From: Spirochaetia bacterium
GTDB taxonomy: Bacteria > Spirochaetota > Spirochaetia > UBA9216
DNA length: 64,000 nt
Direction of reading: 5' to 3'
Assembly (NCBI GenBank): GCA_965140585.1
Contig: OZ223264.1
Location: forward strand, 128,001-192,000
Shown here: positions 18,943 to 28,343 of the stretch, piece by piece
How the letters are laid out: each line of letters starts with the position of its first letter
How positions within the stretch are numbered: the stretch's first letter is position 1
The notes under the pieces: generated by a model
Told to the model about the DNA's origin: nothing
What the model saw: the letters and a program-made list of their open reading frames with translations, nothing else
Database searches by the model: none
Translations under genes and position numbers: made by a program

Positions 18943-20204
18943 TGGGAAAATCATCAGATATCACTAAAGATCTTCAGTACTGGAAGTTCTCTTTTTACGG
19001 CTTTCTAAAAAACCTTCAGTTTTTTGATCCATTTTTAATTCTGTTTTTCAGGGAAATGGGCATCAGTTTTCTGGAGATTGGAATCTTATACTCGGTTCGT
19101 GAAATTGTAACAAACATTACCGAAATTCCCACCGGTGTAATAGCCGATACCCTCGGCAGGCGGTCAGCCATGATTCTGGCCTTTGTTTCCTACATAGGCA
19201 GTTTTCTGATATTTTACTTTTTCCCGTCCTACTATCTGTATATTGTGGCTATGATTCTGTTTGCTCTGGGCGAGAGTTTCCGTTCAGGTACCCACAAAGC
19301 CATGATTATGGAATACCTTAAACTCAATGACATGACTAAGCAGAAGGTTGCCTATTACGGACATACACGGGGCTGGGCTCAGCTCGGCTCGGCTGTATCC
19401 GCTATTATTTCTGCGGTGCTTGTCTTTTTTACCGGCAGTTTCAGGGCTGTTTTTCTGTGGAGTATTATTCCCTATATCCTGGGTGCTCTGCTTATTTTTT
19501 CATATCCCAGGAATCTGGATTTTTCCTGCGATGAAGATGAGGGATGCCGGGATGATGCAAAACCCGGATGGAAGGATGTGGTTAAAACACTTAAAGATTT
19601 TATCGGGCTTTTTACCGACGCATCGATAAGACGGGCTCTGCTCAATTCGAGCCTTTTTGACGCTGTATTCAAATCTGTTAAGGATTACGTTCAACCGGTA
19701 CTTAAGACCCTGGCCCTTTCGCTGCCGCTTCTTGCTGCACTTGAAGGAACCCAGCGCGTAGCGGTTGTTTCGGGCATTGTGTATTTTCTGCTATATCTGC
19801 TGACCAGCTACGCTAGCAGTCATGCCTCGGCCTTTCATTCTATGTTCAAGTCGGAAACAACCGGTCTCAATCTTACTTTTATTTTCAGCATTATCCTGAT
19901 TGCCGGTATTTCTGGTTTTCTTTGGGCCGGGCTGAATGTGCCTGCGGTTATTTTGTTTATAGTTTTCTACCTGCTTGAAAATTTAAGAAGACCTGCAACC
20001 TTGGGCTATATAAGCGATCACATTAAGGGGTCGGTAATGGCGACCGGTCTCTCCGGGGAAAGTCAGCTTAAGACCCTCTTTGTCGCGATAATAGCACCCC
20101 TCTTCGGCTTTGCGATTGACCGCCTTGGACTGGGCGGAGCTATGATCTTTCTGGCCCTTCTTCCTGCGCTTGCATACGGTTTTGTGCGCTTCAGGAAAAA
20201 ATAA
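18942..20204 (+). CDS. MFS transporter
   Basis: EIPTGVIADTLGRR motif A, about 12 TM; TAATG coupling to the full-length AraC frame. Confidence 0.92.
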   Translation: MGKSSDITKDLQYWKFSFYGFLKNLQFFDPFLILFFREMGISFLEIGILYSVREIVTNITEIPTGVIADTLGRRSAMILAFVSYIGSFLIFYFFPSYYLYIVAMILFALGESFRSGTHKAMIMEYLKLNDMTKQKVAYYGHTRGWAQLGSAVSAIISAVLVFFTGSFRAVFLWSIIPYILGALLIFSYPRNLDFSCDEDEGCRDDAKPGWKDVVKTLKDFIGLFTDASIRRALLNSSLFDAVFKSVKDYVQPVLKTLALSLPLLAALEGTQRVAVVSGIVYFLLYLLTSYASSHASAFHSMFKSETTGLNLTFIFSIILIAGISGFLWAGLNVPAVILFIVFYLLENLRRPATLGYISDHIKGSVMATGLSGESQLKTLFVAIIAPLFGFAIDRLGLGGAMIFLALLPALAYGFVRFRKK

Positions 20205-20322
20205 TTGCGCTACACGGTTTTTTTTGCCATTTTCTCTTCCATAAATAGAGATAAAAATACCTATAATCAATAATTCTGATGGTACTACCAGAAATTTGAA
20301 TTAGATAAATGTTTATCTATAG

Positions 20323-20351
20323 TTGACGGCTGAAATTCTATCTCCTATACT
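20323..20351 (+). promoter_or_regulatory. sigma70 promoter of the tat operon
   Basis: TTGACG-N17-TATACT. Confidence 0.7.
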
Positions 20352-20397
20352 TTCACAGATTCAGATCACTTCAAAAATCTTCAAGGATGTCAGGTCT

Positions 20398-20493
20398 GGA
20401 AAACGAAAAAACGCAGCAGAAGATAATAAATAGAAGAAGAGCTTCTCAAGAAGAGACTTCCTCAAGGGTGCTGCTGCACCTCGGAAATATTAA
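20398..20493 (+). pseudogene. Vestigial twin-arginine signal-peptide coding fragment
   Basis: Reads GKRKNAAEDNK*KKSFSRRDFLKGAAAPRKY*; resembles the N-terminus of 22124 (KKSGISRRDFMKGAAG). Confidence 0.7.
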
Positions 20494-20505
20494 TCCGGAG
20501 AGGGT

Positions 20506-21258
20506 ATGGGAAAAAAGCATGATCAGATGTCTCTTCTTGAACATATAGGAGAGCTTAGAACAAAACTAATAGTATCTGTTATAGCAATTATTGCCGCTTC
20601 AGTCGTCTGCTTTATGTTTTACGACAGGTTGTATCAGATCTTTTTCCGTCCCTTCGAAGGTCTGGAAAATGAAAACGGGCAGAAGCTTTTTATCAACTAC
20701 ATATATGAAGGCTTCATGCTCAAATTCAAATTATCAATAATAGCCGGAATAGTACTGTCTTTTCCGATTCATATGTACAACATCCTCAGTTTTATCTTTC
20801 CGGGACTGACAAAAAAGGAAAGCAGGATTATTGCTATCTGTCTTATTGCTGCACTCGCGCTTGCTGTCCTTGGATTCTATTACGGCTATTTTTATATTGT
20901 TCCGATTTCCATCAGGTTTTTATCCGGTTCCGGATTTATACCTGAAGGGGTTGGAATGCTTCTTAATTTTGACAGGAACATTTTCTACATCCTTCAGTTC
21001 ATGCTCGTTTCAGTTCTTGTTTTTCAGCTGCCGGTAATTCTGGAAGTACTGCTTATACTTAATATCATCGACAGGAAGGCCCTCCTTAAGGCAAGCCGTT
21101 ATATCATCGTTGGGATTTTCATACTTTCAGCTTTATTTACGCCTCCTGACTTCATCTCCCAGATTGCCGTAGCTGTACCTCTGATAGCGCTTTTCTTTAT
21201 CACTATTCTCATAGCCTACATTTTCAGATTCGGAAACGGAGGTTTTGAGGATGCTTAA
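20506..21258 (+). CDS. tatC: Twin-arginine translocase subunit TatC
   Basis: MSLLEHIGELR, FIFPGL, FQLPV, ALFTPPDFISQ. Confidence 0.96.
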   Translation: MGKKHDQMSLLEHIGELRTKLIVSVIAIIAASVVCFMFYDRLYQIFFRPFEGLENENGQKLFINYIYEGFMLKFKLSIIAGIVLSFPIHMYNILSFIFPGLTKKESRIIAICLIAALALAVLGFYYGYFYIVPISIRFLSGSGFIPEGVGMLLNFDRNIFYILQFMLVSVLVFQLPVILEVLLILNIIDRKALLKASRYIIVGIFILSALFTPPDFISQIAVAVPLIALFFITILIAYIFRFGNGGFEDA

Positions 21259-21454
21259 CATCGGTTTATCAGAGGTATTTATTTTGGCAGTTATTATCCT
21301 TCTGTTTTTAAGGCCGAAGGATGTTCCGGTAATCACCAGAAAGATCGGGAAAATTATGGGTACTTTCAGGAATTACAGAGAGACAATAGATAGAGAAATC
21401 AAAGATCTGGGAAAGATTGATGATTTGGAAAATGATAAGGAGAAAAAATCATGA
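21251..21454 (+). CDS. tatB: TatA/TatB family subunit (TatB-like)
   Basis: MLNIGLSE-TM-PKDVP followed by an amphipathic helix. Confidence 0.8.
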   Translation: MLNIGLSEVFILAVIILLFLRPKDVPVITRKIGKIMGTFRNYRETIDREIKDLGKIDDLENDKEKKS

Positions 21455-21654
21455 TTGGAACTACAGAAATTGTTGTTGTAGCTGCTACCGGGCTTATTCT
21501 TTTCGGTTCAGCTGCTCTTCCGAAGTTTGCAAGATCAATTGGACAGGCAAAGAAAGAGCTGGAAAAGGGTATTAAGGAAGGTTATGTCGAAGAAGCTGCA
21601 GGAAAAGCCGCAGATGAGGCTCCGGCTGCAGGAAAAAGAAAGGCTAAAAAATAG
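21451..21654 (+). CDS. tatA: Twin-arginine translocase subunit TatA
   Basis: IGTTE-TM-FGSAALPKFARSIGQAKKELEKG. Confidence 0.88.
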   Translation: MIGTTEIVVVAATGLILFGSAALPKFARSIGQAKKELEKGIKEGYVEEAAGKAADEAPAAGKRKAKK

Positions 21655-21683
21655 GTTTAATAAAAACCATTATAGGAGAAAAT

Positions 21684-22055
21684 ATGAGATCAGCTAAAAG
21701 AATGCCGGTAATTATTACGGCCGTATTGTCAGTTCTCGTTTTGGCGGTAATTTCGGGATGTGCTTCAGTGAAGGCTCCTGTATATGCAGACGGTGAATAC
21801 ACAGGAAGCAGTACTGCAGGAATGGGCGGAAAGCTCAATGTTGCGGTTGTAATTACAGAAGGGATGATTTCAGATGTTACGGTTACAGCCCATAACGAAA
21901 CACCCGGAATCGGAACAAATGCTATTGATGCGCTTCCTACAAAAATAGTTGAAGCCCAGTCAACAGAGGTTGACTCAGTAGCAGGAGCCTCAATGACTTC
22001 TACTGCAATTAAAGAAGCTGTAGGCGCAGCGCTCGCAGAAGCAGAAGGCAAATAA
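21684..22055 (+). CDS. FMN-binding domain lipoprotein
   Basis: Lipobox ISGC; DGEYTG..GMGG..V.V..HNETPGIG..VDSVAGASMTS. Confidence 0.92.
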   Translation: MRSAKRMPVIITAVLSVLVLAVISGCASVKAPVYADGEYTGSSTAGMGGKLNVAVVITEGMISDVTVTAHNETPGIGTNAIDALPTKIVEAQSTEVDSVAGASMTSTAIKEAVGAALAEAEGK

Positions 22056-22060
22056 ACATC

Positions 22061-22094
22061 AAAGCGGCTCTGAATTTCAGAAGCCGCTTTTTTT
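22061..22094 (+). terminator. Terminator-like hairpin between the FMN-binding and reductase genes
   Basis: AAAGCGGCT-CTGAATTTCAGA-AGCCGCTTTTTTT. Confidence 0.7.
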
Positions 22095-22123
22095 AGAAGA
22101 AGTAACAACAAAGGAGAAGCCTT

Positions 22124-23890
22124 GTGGAAAAGAAAAATCCTGAAGCCAACGAAAAAAAGAGCGGAATTTCCAGAAGAGATTTCATGAAAGGCGCTGCCGG
22201 AGGGGCTGCAGCTCTTGCCGCAGCAAGTGTCCTCAGCGGATGTACAACTACAGATGCAGCCGGCGGAAGCACCGGTTCAGTTTCGGCAAATGGTCTTATG
22301 ACTGCTGAAAAAGCCGCAAACATGAAGTGGAATTTTGAAATTGCCCCGAAACCGGTTTCAGAATCAAAGATCTCAAAAACATATACACATGATGTAGTAG
22401 TTATCGGTGCAGGACTCTCAGGTCTCTGTACAATGTGCTCAGCTCTTGAAAGCGGTGCAGATGCAGTCATGTTTTCTGCCAGTTCAAAGCCAATTGGCCG
22501 CGGTGGATCGAACCATGCAATCGGTTCGAAATACCAGAAAGAGATGGGTATTGAATATACACCTGAAATTGCCCGTGAAATCGTTAAAACCGAGCAGACT
22601 TCCGGAACCTATTTCATGGATAAGCAGAAATGGGCAAAGTGGATCAACAACAGTGCAGAAGCAGTAGACTGGATGATTGACAAGATGGAAGCCAAAGGAC
22701 TTAAGACTTCCCTAGAAGCCGGTTACTATGATCCGGACGGAGTTCTAACCGTTCCTCATGCTTCACATAACTTCTTTACAGATGAACAGCCTCTTGGTGT
22801 TTTCTTCGGTGCACCGCTTCAGGCCAAAGCCTATGCAGAGCATATTAAGGACATGGGCGGCGAGATCCATTTCAAGACCATTGCCCAGTATCTTATCAGG
22901 GAAAATGATAATACCGGAAGGGTTTCGGCTGTTGTAGCCAAAACAGAAGACGGAAGCTATGTTAAGTACGTTGCTAGAAAGGCAGTCGTTCTTGCTACCG
23001 GAGACTTTTCAAGGGATAAGGACATGCTTGCAAAATACAGTCCCTGGGCCTACGGTCTTTTCAAGGATAAGCTTGCAGCTGAACCCAACTATGATGCTGA
23101 AATGACATTTGACGGACTTATGCCCGGCGACGGTCAGAAGATGGGTCTCTGGGTAGGTGCCGGATGGCAGAGAACCTTCCCCAATGCCCCGGTTATCAAC
23201 GGCGGTGCTGCAGGCCCAAGCCATGCAATCATTTCTAATTTCTGGGGATGTAACCTGGATATCAACGGAAAGCGATACCAGAACGAATGTACAAACTTTG
23301 CATACGGAGCCATGTCGGTTCTTCAGCTTCCCAAGCAGACAGCATTCGGAATCTGGGATGCCGGATACGCCTACACTCAGGAAGAATGGGAACCTCTTGG
23401 ATATACAATCGGCCAGGTGAACGGAATCAAGCCTCTCTCTCCGGAAGAATATCTTGATTCATGGAAGAATAACCCTTCATTCATCAAGGCTGATACAATT
23501 GAAGAACTCGTTGCACAGCTTGATATGGATGATGAAGGAAAGAAGAATGCTCTTGAATCCATAAAGAATTACACCAAATATGCAGAACAGGGATATGATG
23601 AAGAGTTTCAGGTTAACCCTAAAATTCTTTTCCCCATCAAACAGGGACCCTTCTTTGCATCAAAAACAGTCGGAGCAACCTTCCTTGCTGTAACAGGTGG
23701 ACTTAGAACCAATACAGATCTCCAGGTATGTGATGCTGACGATAATCCAATCGAAGGTCTCTACAACACCGGAACAATGGTCGGCGACTTTTACGCCAAC
23801 TCATATAACTTTGTTATGCCGGGACAGAACCTCGGAGCTCTCTGCTGTACACTTTCCTATATGCTTGGACGTGATCTGGCAGCCTTATAA
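22124..23890 (+). CDS. Tat-exported FAD-binding oxidoreductase lipoprotein (fumarate reductase/flavocytochrome c flavoprotein family)
   Basis: SRRDFMK Tat motif, LSGC lipobox, DVVVIGAGLSG, VVLATGDF, GDGQKMG, TGGLRTN, IEGLY. Confidence 0.92.
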   Translation: MEKKNPEANEKKSGISRRDFMKGAAGGAAALAAASVLSGCTTTDAAGGSTGSVSANGLMTAEKAANMKWNFEIAPKPVSESKISKTYTHDVVVIGAGLSGLCTMCSALESGADAVMFSASSKPIGRGGSNHAIGSKYQKEMGIEYTPEIAREIVKTEQTSGTYFMDKQKWAKWINNSAEAVDWMIDKMEAKGLKTSLEAGYYDPDGVLTVPHASHNFFTDEQPLGVFFGAPLQAKAYAEHIKDMGGEIHFKTIAQYLIRENDNTGRVSAVVAKTEDGSYVKYVARKAVVLATGDFSRDKDMLAKYSPWAYGLFKDKLAAEPNYDAEMTFDGLMPGDGQKMGLWVGAGWQRTFPNAPVINGGAAGPSHAIISNFWGCNLDINGKRYQNECTNFAYGAMSVLQLPKQTAFGIWDAGYAYTQEEWEPLGYTIGQVNGIKPLSPEEYLDSWKNNPSFIKADTIEELVAQLDMDDEGKKNALESIKNYTKYAEQGYDEEFQVNPKILFPIKQGPFFASKTVGATFLAVTGGLRTNTDLQVCDADDNPIEGLYNTGTMVGDFYANSYNFVMPGQNLGALCCTLSYMLGRDLAAL

Positions 23891-23904
23891 TTTTCAAATA
23901 ACTC

Positions 23905-23936
23905 AGCGGGGTGGACAAGAGTCCGCTTCGCTTTTC
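23905..23936 (+). terminator. Intrinsic terminator
   Basis: AGCGGGGTGGAC-AAGA-GTCCGCTTCGCT-TTT. Confidence 0.7.
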
Positions 23937-24027
23937 ATCAATTCTGTACGTATTTCTTACTTTTTCCTTCTTGCAATAAATCTTCGTTTCCTTTAAACAT
24001 AAAACAACACCAATTTGGAGGAATAAG

Positions 24028-24303
24028 ATGACAATCAAACATAATGTATATTTTGATGGTTCAGTTCAGAGTCTCGGCTTTGTCGATGCAGAAGGGAAGA
24101 CTTCAATGAGTGCCGGAACCGTACTTCCCGGAGACTATGATTTCGGAACAGCCGGACCGAAGGAAACAATGACTGTAACAAGCGGAGCCCTCACAATAAA
24201 CGGTAAAACATATAATGTTGGGGACACCTGTGTTGTTGAAACCGGGGAGAAAATCAATATCGCCGCTGCAGAAGAATCAAGCTACACTTGTTACTACGGC
24301 TGA
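24028..24303 (+). CDS. ppnP: Pyrimidine/purine nucleoside phosphorylase (DUF1255)
   Basis: HNVYFDGSVQSLGF...GDYDFGT...ETMTVTSG...YTCYY. Confidence 0.9.
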   Translation: MTIKHNVYFDGSVQSLGFVDAEGKTSMSAGTVLPGDYDFGTAGPKETMTVTSGALTINGKTYNVGDTCVVETGEKINIAAAEESSYTCYYG

Positions 24304-24322
24304 GTCTTCGGTCCGGATAAAT

Positions 24323-24357
24323 AAAAAGGCTGAACTTTTCAAAAGTTCAGCCTTTTT
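24323..24357. terminator. Bidirectional terminator
   Basis: AAAAAGGCTGAACTTTT-C-AAAAGTTCAGCCTTTTT between convergent genes. Confidence 0.85.
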
Positions 24358-24376
24358 CATAGAATGCGAGCTGTGT

Positions 24377-24883
24377 CTATTCAAACCAGCTTATTAAACT
24401 CTCATCTTCTTCTAATTCTGTAAGCAGTTTTCTTTTCTCGTCATACGTGATTTTTTCAATATCTATACTCGAGGAGAATTCATTCGATTTGATTTTTTTG
24501 TATGTCTGAACAACTACAAAAGGTGCAATCACAATTGAATTATATTCATATGGTAAGTCAATATTAACATCCTGATTAGAGTCCTCTCCACGGGCCTTGT
24601 CTGATTTTATTGAACTCGTAATTGATGTAACCTTGTAGCCGGGGTTTCGAATTTTAAAATATACAAAGCCTTCGCTTGTTCTGGGTATTATCACGGGGGC
24701 TTCGAGTCCTTCAATGGTAAGCTGATATTCTCTTGCTGCAGGAACTTTATCGGGATTTGCAAGTACCGTTTTTATGACTACCAGGCAGTCATCAGAGGTG
24801 AGCCGCTCGTTTTCATTAACGGTTGTTGCGCAGGATATTATAAGTGAAACCAGTATCAGGATAATTGTTATATATTTTTTCAT
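24377..24883 (-). CDS. Hypothetical lipoprotein
   Basis: IISCATT lipobox; start coupled to the stop of the upstream protease gene. Confidence 0.75.
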   Translation of the reverse strand: MKKYITIILILVSLIISCATTVNENERLTSDDCLVVIKTVLANPDKVPAAREYQLTIEGLEAPVIIPRTSEGFVYFKIRNPGYKVTSITSSIKSDKARGEDSNQDVNIDLPYEYNSIVIAPFVVVQTYKKIKSNEFSSSIDIEKITYDEKRKLLTELEEDESLISWFE

Positions 24884-27030
24884 TATTTACTTTCCTTAAT
24901 CTCTGAATAATAGGAGATATCATTTTCATACGATTCTTTTTCTTTTGAATAGTTTACAAACTCAAAAATTGAAGCACTTAACATGATAGGACCACCAATG
25001 AGGGACCAGAAGCCAACGTTTCGGAGAAATGAATATGATTCATAAGAATTGGAAAGGCTTGTTGCAATACTGTTGAAACCAAGCGCTGCGCCGGCGCTTA
25101 GGAGTACAGAGCCTATTCCCAGATCTACCCAACCGGCTGTTAGATGTTTTTTTGCAGCTACATCATGCCCTGTTATATCCTGCCATGTTATGAAGGATTT
25201 ATTTCCTTCTCTAACATTAATATCAATTTTAAGAGGGGCTTTTCCTTCTTCCCAGATGTATATGTCATGAAGCCCAAGCGGCAGCGCTGTCAGGCCTGAA
25301 GCATTGAACTCAGTTTTGACCTCGTCAACCCAGACTGTAGAAGCTGCGGAATAGTTTCTAATTGTAAGTTCAGCAGTCCGCTGATGTTTACTTAGATCAA
25401 TAGCTGTAGATGAGTTATCGATACTAAAGTCAATTTCTACTCCGGAATATGTTTTATTACCTGCTAATTCAAGTTTCCAATTTCCTGTTGGAAGATATAT
25501 TTTCTCCTGTGGTGAATATATCAGTTCTTCATCCATATTAGAAAATTTCAGTTTTAATTCAAAATCTCTGAATGATCTTTTTTTGCCGGTAATGAAGTCA
25601 GTGTGTGAATATTCCTGCTGTTTTGGCATATTTTCAATATTTACCCGAAAAGCCGGAGACTCCTCTGTTTCAATAGTTCGGCTGCCCGGGTCTGCTGTGA
25701 TTTCAACCGGAGGGATAAAATATCCGTCTTTTTTAAAGGTAATTAGGTAGGTGTCAGGGATAAGCGAAATGTTCATCGGTATGCTGCCGATCATTCTTCC
25801 ATCTGCAAACACTTCAGCTCCTTCCGCCCCGATAATGTTTAAAATAGCCTCCTGCTTACCCAGGCCGGGGTTTAAAGTTGTGGTTCCTGAAATAGATTCA
25901 AGAGCCCTAAGTTTTCCGGTAAATTCCCCGGAAGCGCCTTTTATGGTTATTTCATTAAAAGACTCTTCCAGGCGGATATATGCAGGAGATTTTCCCGCCG
26001 ATACTCCGTTGATGGTGATGTCTGCCCCTTTTTCAGTATCAATGATCAAATCGAAAGATGTTTCAATTTCTCCAAGGGCATTGGTTTTGATTTCAGGTTC
26101 AGAGGGTGTATCGGCGGAGGTTATTCTTCTGTTCCATTTCAGTAGATTTCCAAAGCCGTATAAGGTTAAAAACTCTTCAATTTTATCGGAACCTTCCGCG
26201 TAGAATAGACTGTTGGCATTTTTACTGTCCATTATCGCTGTGTTTACACCGATTACAGCACCTTCTGCCGAAACCAGGGGGCCGCCTGAATTACCCGGGC
26301 TGATAGCTGCCGAATGCTGAATATTTAAATTCCCGTTTCTTAATGCGGAAACTGTTCCCTTGTTCATGGTGACTACCTGGTCGCTGAACAGGCGATCCAT
26401 TACAGAGCCGAGCGGAAAGCCGAAACTGTATACGTCGGTTCCGACTATTTCCTCTGTTATTCTGTCGGAGGAGGTAAGCCTTAGAGGTTTGAATTTTTTT
26501 GGATGGTTTATTCTCAATAATGCAAGGTCCGGGTTGTCGTCCTTTGCGATATTTAATATCGTTAGATCGGTGTAAAGCTGGCCGTCTACTGATATGCTTA
26601 GTCGATAAGCTCCGTTAAAAATCATTTCATGCAGATCCGCCAGAAGTTCTGTAATTTCTTTATCCGTTTTTATATTTTTGTATGTTTCCTGTGCTACATC
26701 TTCAATTTCTGTTGCTATTTCACTTCGTATCGCACGAAGATCTCCAAGCATTACTACGTGCCTGTTTGATATCATGGTACCGTCTTTATCGATTATAAAA
26801 GCTGAACCTGAAGAAAGTACTAAATATTCATTTAAAATATCATATCCGGAATCTTCCTCAAAATCTTTTACAAGATCAGGATTACTGCAAAGCTCCGAAT
26901 CCATATAAATCTCATGTTTCAAATACCCGATAGAAGGTTTGAGCTGATTATAGATATTCTGATTAGTCTGGGAATAAACCGATGCTGCGCAAAGCAGTAT
27001 AGCCAGAACGGCGGCGCATTTCTTCTTCAT
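24883..27030 (-). CDS. Trypsin-like (S1C) serine protease with PEGA domains and C-terminal membrane helices
   Basis: SSGSAFII, SNRHVV, DLALL, ISPGNSGGPL; PEGA repeats; two Gly-rich TM helices. Confidence 0.88.
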   Translation of the reverse strand: MKKKCAAVLAILLCAASVYSQTNQNIYNQLKPSIGYLKHEIYMDSELCSNPDLVKDFEEDSGYDILNEYLVLSSGSAFIIDKDGTMISNRHVVMLGDLRAIRSEIATEIEDVAQETYKNIKTDKEITELLADLHEMIFNGAYRLSISVDGQLYTDLTILNIAKDDNPDLALLRINHPKKFKPLRLTSSDRITEEIVGTDVYSFGFPLGSVMDRLFSDQVVTMNKGTVSALRNGNLNIQHSAAISPGNSGGPLVSAEGAVIGVNTAIMDSKNANSLFYAEGSDKIEEFLTLYGFGNLLKWNRRITSADTPSEPEIKTNALGEIETSFDLIIDTEKGADITINGVSAGKSPAYIRLEESFNEITIKGASGEFTGKLRALESISGTTTLNPGLGKQEAILNIIGAEGAEVFADGRMIGSIPMNISLIPDTYLITFKKDGYFIPPVEITADPGSRTIETEESPAFRVNIENMPKQQEYSHTDFITGKKRSFRDFELKLKFSNMDEELIYSPQEKIYLPTGNWKLELAGNKTYSGVEIDFSIDNSSTAIDLSKHQRTAELTIRNYSAASTVWVDEVKTEFNASGLTALPLGLHDIYIWEEGKAPLKIDINVREGNKSFITWQDITGHDVAAKKHLTAGWVDLGIGSVLLSAGAALGFNSIATSLSNSYESYSFLRNVGFWSLIGGPIMLSASIFEFVNYSKEKESYENDISYYSEIKESK

Positions 27031-27171
27031 TGAACTAACTCCATTTTAAATAAACTTTTAAAAAATGATTCCATTTATCCCTGTAATTGTCAACTAAAAA
27101 ATTACTTGCAAAAAGAATTGTTTAAGATTACTCTTTTTTAAAATGTATTATAAAAAAAGAGGTATTAAAAA

Positions 27172-28269
27172 GTGAGTGATTTTAAAAAAGACTGGAAGAG
27201 GTTCATACTTCTATCCTTACTGCTAATTAATGTATTTATATTTTTCTCATGTGAAGACCGTTTAGGTATATTTCAGTATTACAATTTAAAACAGAACGGA
27301 ACAATCAGCAGTATCGCTGCAGGCGAATATATTTCAGCTATAGTTATTGACGGAACTCTATATGCTGTCGGGACTATTCTTGATGAGGCAAAGACCTTTA
27401 CGATTGCTGAAAACGTGAGCAAGGTTGAAGTATATGAAACGTACCTGAGTTATTTGGATAATACCGGAACTCTTTGGACTGCAGGGACTGATGAAAATAG
27501 TGATATCGTCAGCATTGAGCTGATGTCTAATGTTAAAGACTTTTCTGTTGGAGACGGATTCTATCTGATTATAGATAATAATGATGTGGTCTGGGGCCTT
27601 GGAGATAATTATTCCGATCAGCTGGGGCTTGGAGGCAGTGCTGATTACTATTATTATGAGCCTGTTCAGATTCTCTCCGATGTTAAAGCCGTTTCCGCAG
27701 GCGGTGAATATTCACTGTTTTTGAAAAATGACGGATCTGTCTTTTCCTGCGGCAGTAATTCTTACGGTAGGCTCGGGACTGGAAATTCTGGTAGTGAAGA
27801 TGAGCCGGTAGAAATTATGAATGATGTTAATTCAATATACGCAGGCTATAAGCATTCGCTTTTTATTAAAACAGATAATACGCTATGGGCTTGCGGATAC
27901 AACGACTATAATAACTATGCTGATGATTCTTTTGGTTATTCTAATTATACTCCGATTCTAATAGCCTCAGGTGTGGCCTCTGCCTTTGTTGGAGACGGAT
28001 ACAGCTTTTATATTACAGCCGCCGGAGAGCTGTACGCTATAGGAAATAATTCTTATAACAGGCTGGGGGCAGGGGATGGTTATAGCTCTTACCTTACAAA
28101 CTATCAATTGATTACTGATGAGGCGGACGCGGTGTTTGGGAGTGTGAGGAATTATTCATTACTCCTTAAGCAGGACGGTACATTGTGGGGAGCGGGCACA
28201 AATTATTACGGGCAGCTTGGCAGTGCAGATGAAGAGCTGGAATATACTGAGTTTACCCTGCTGTTCTGA
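27172..28269 (+). CDS. RCC1/BLIP-II repeat lipoprotein
   Basis: FFSC lipobox; repeated 'SLFLKNDGSVFSCGSNSYGRLG' units. Confidence 0.9.
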   Translation: MSDFKKDWKRFILLSLLLINVFIFFSCEDRLGIFQYYNLKQNGTISSIAAGEYISAIVIDGTLYAVGTILDEAKTFTIAENVSKVEVYETYLSYLDNTGTLWTAGTDENSDIVSIELMSNVKDFSVGDGFYLIIDNNDVVWGLGDNYSDQLGLGGSADYYYYEPVQILSDVKAVSAGGEYSLFLKNDGSVFSCGSNSYGRLGTGNSGSEDEPVEIMNDVNSIYAGYKHSLFIKTDNTLWACGYNDYNNYADDSFGYSNYTPILIASGVASAFVGDGYSFYITAAGELYAIGNNSYNRLGAGDGYSSYLTNYQLITDEADAVFGSVRNYSLLLKQDGTLWGAGTNYYGQLGSADEELEYTEFTLLF

Positions 28270-28343
28270 TATAGTATCTGTTTTTCCCACTTTAAAAATT
28301 CCTCCGCTCTTAGTATTATTAATGTACAAATACGGAGGACTTC

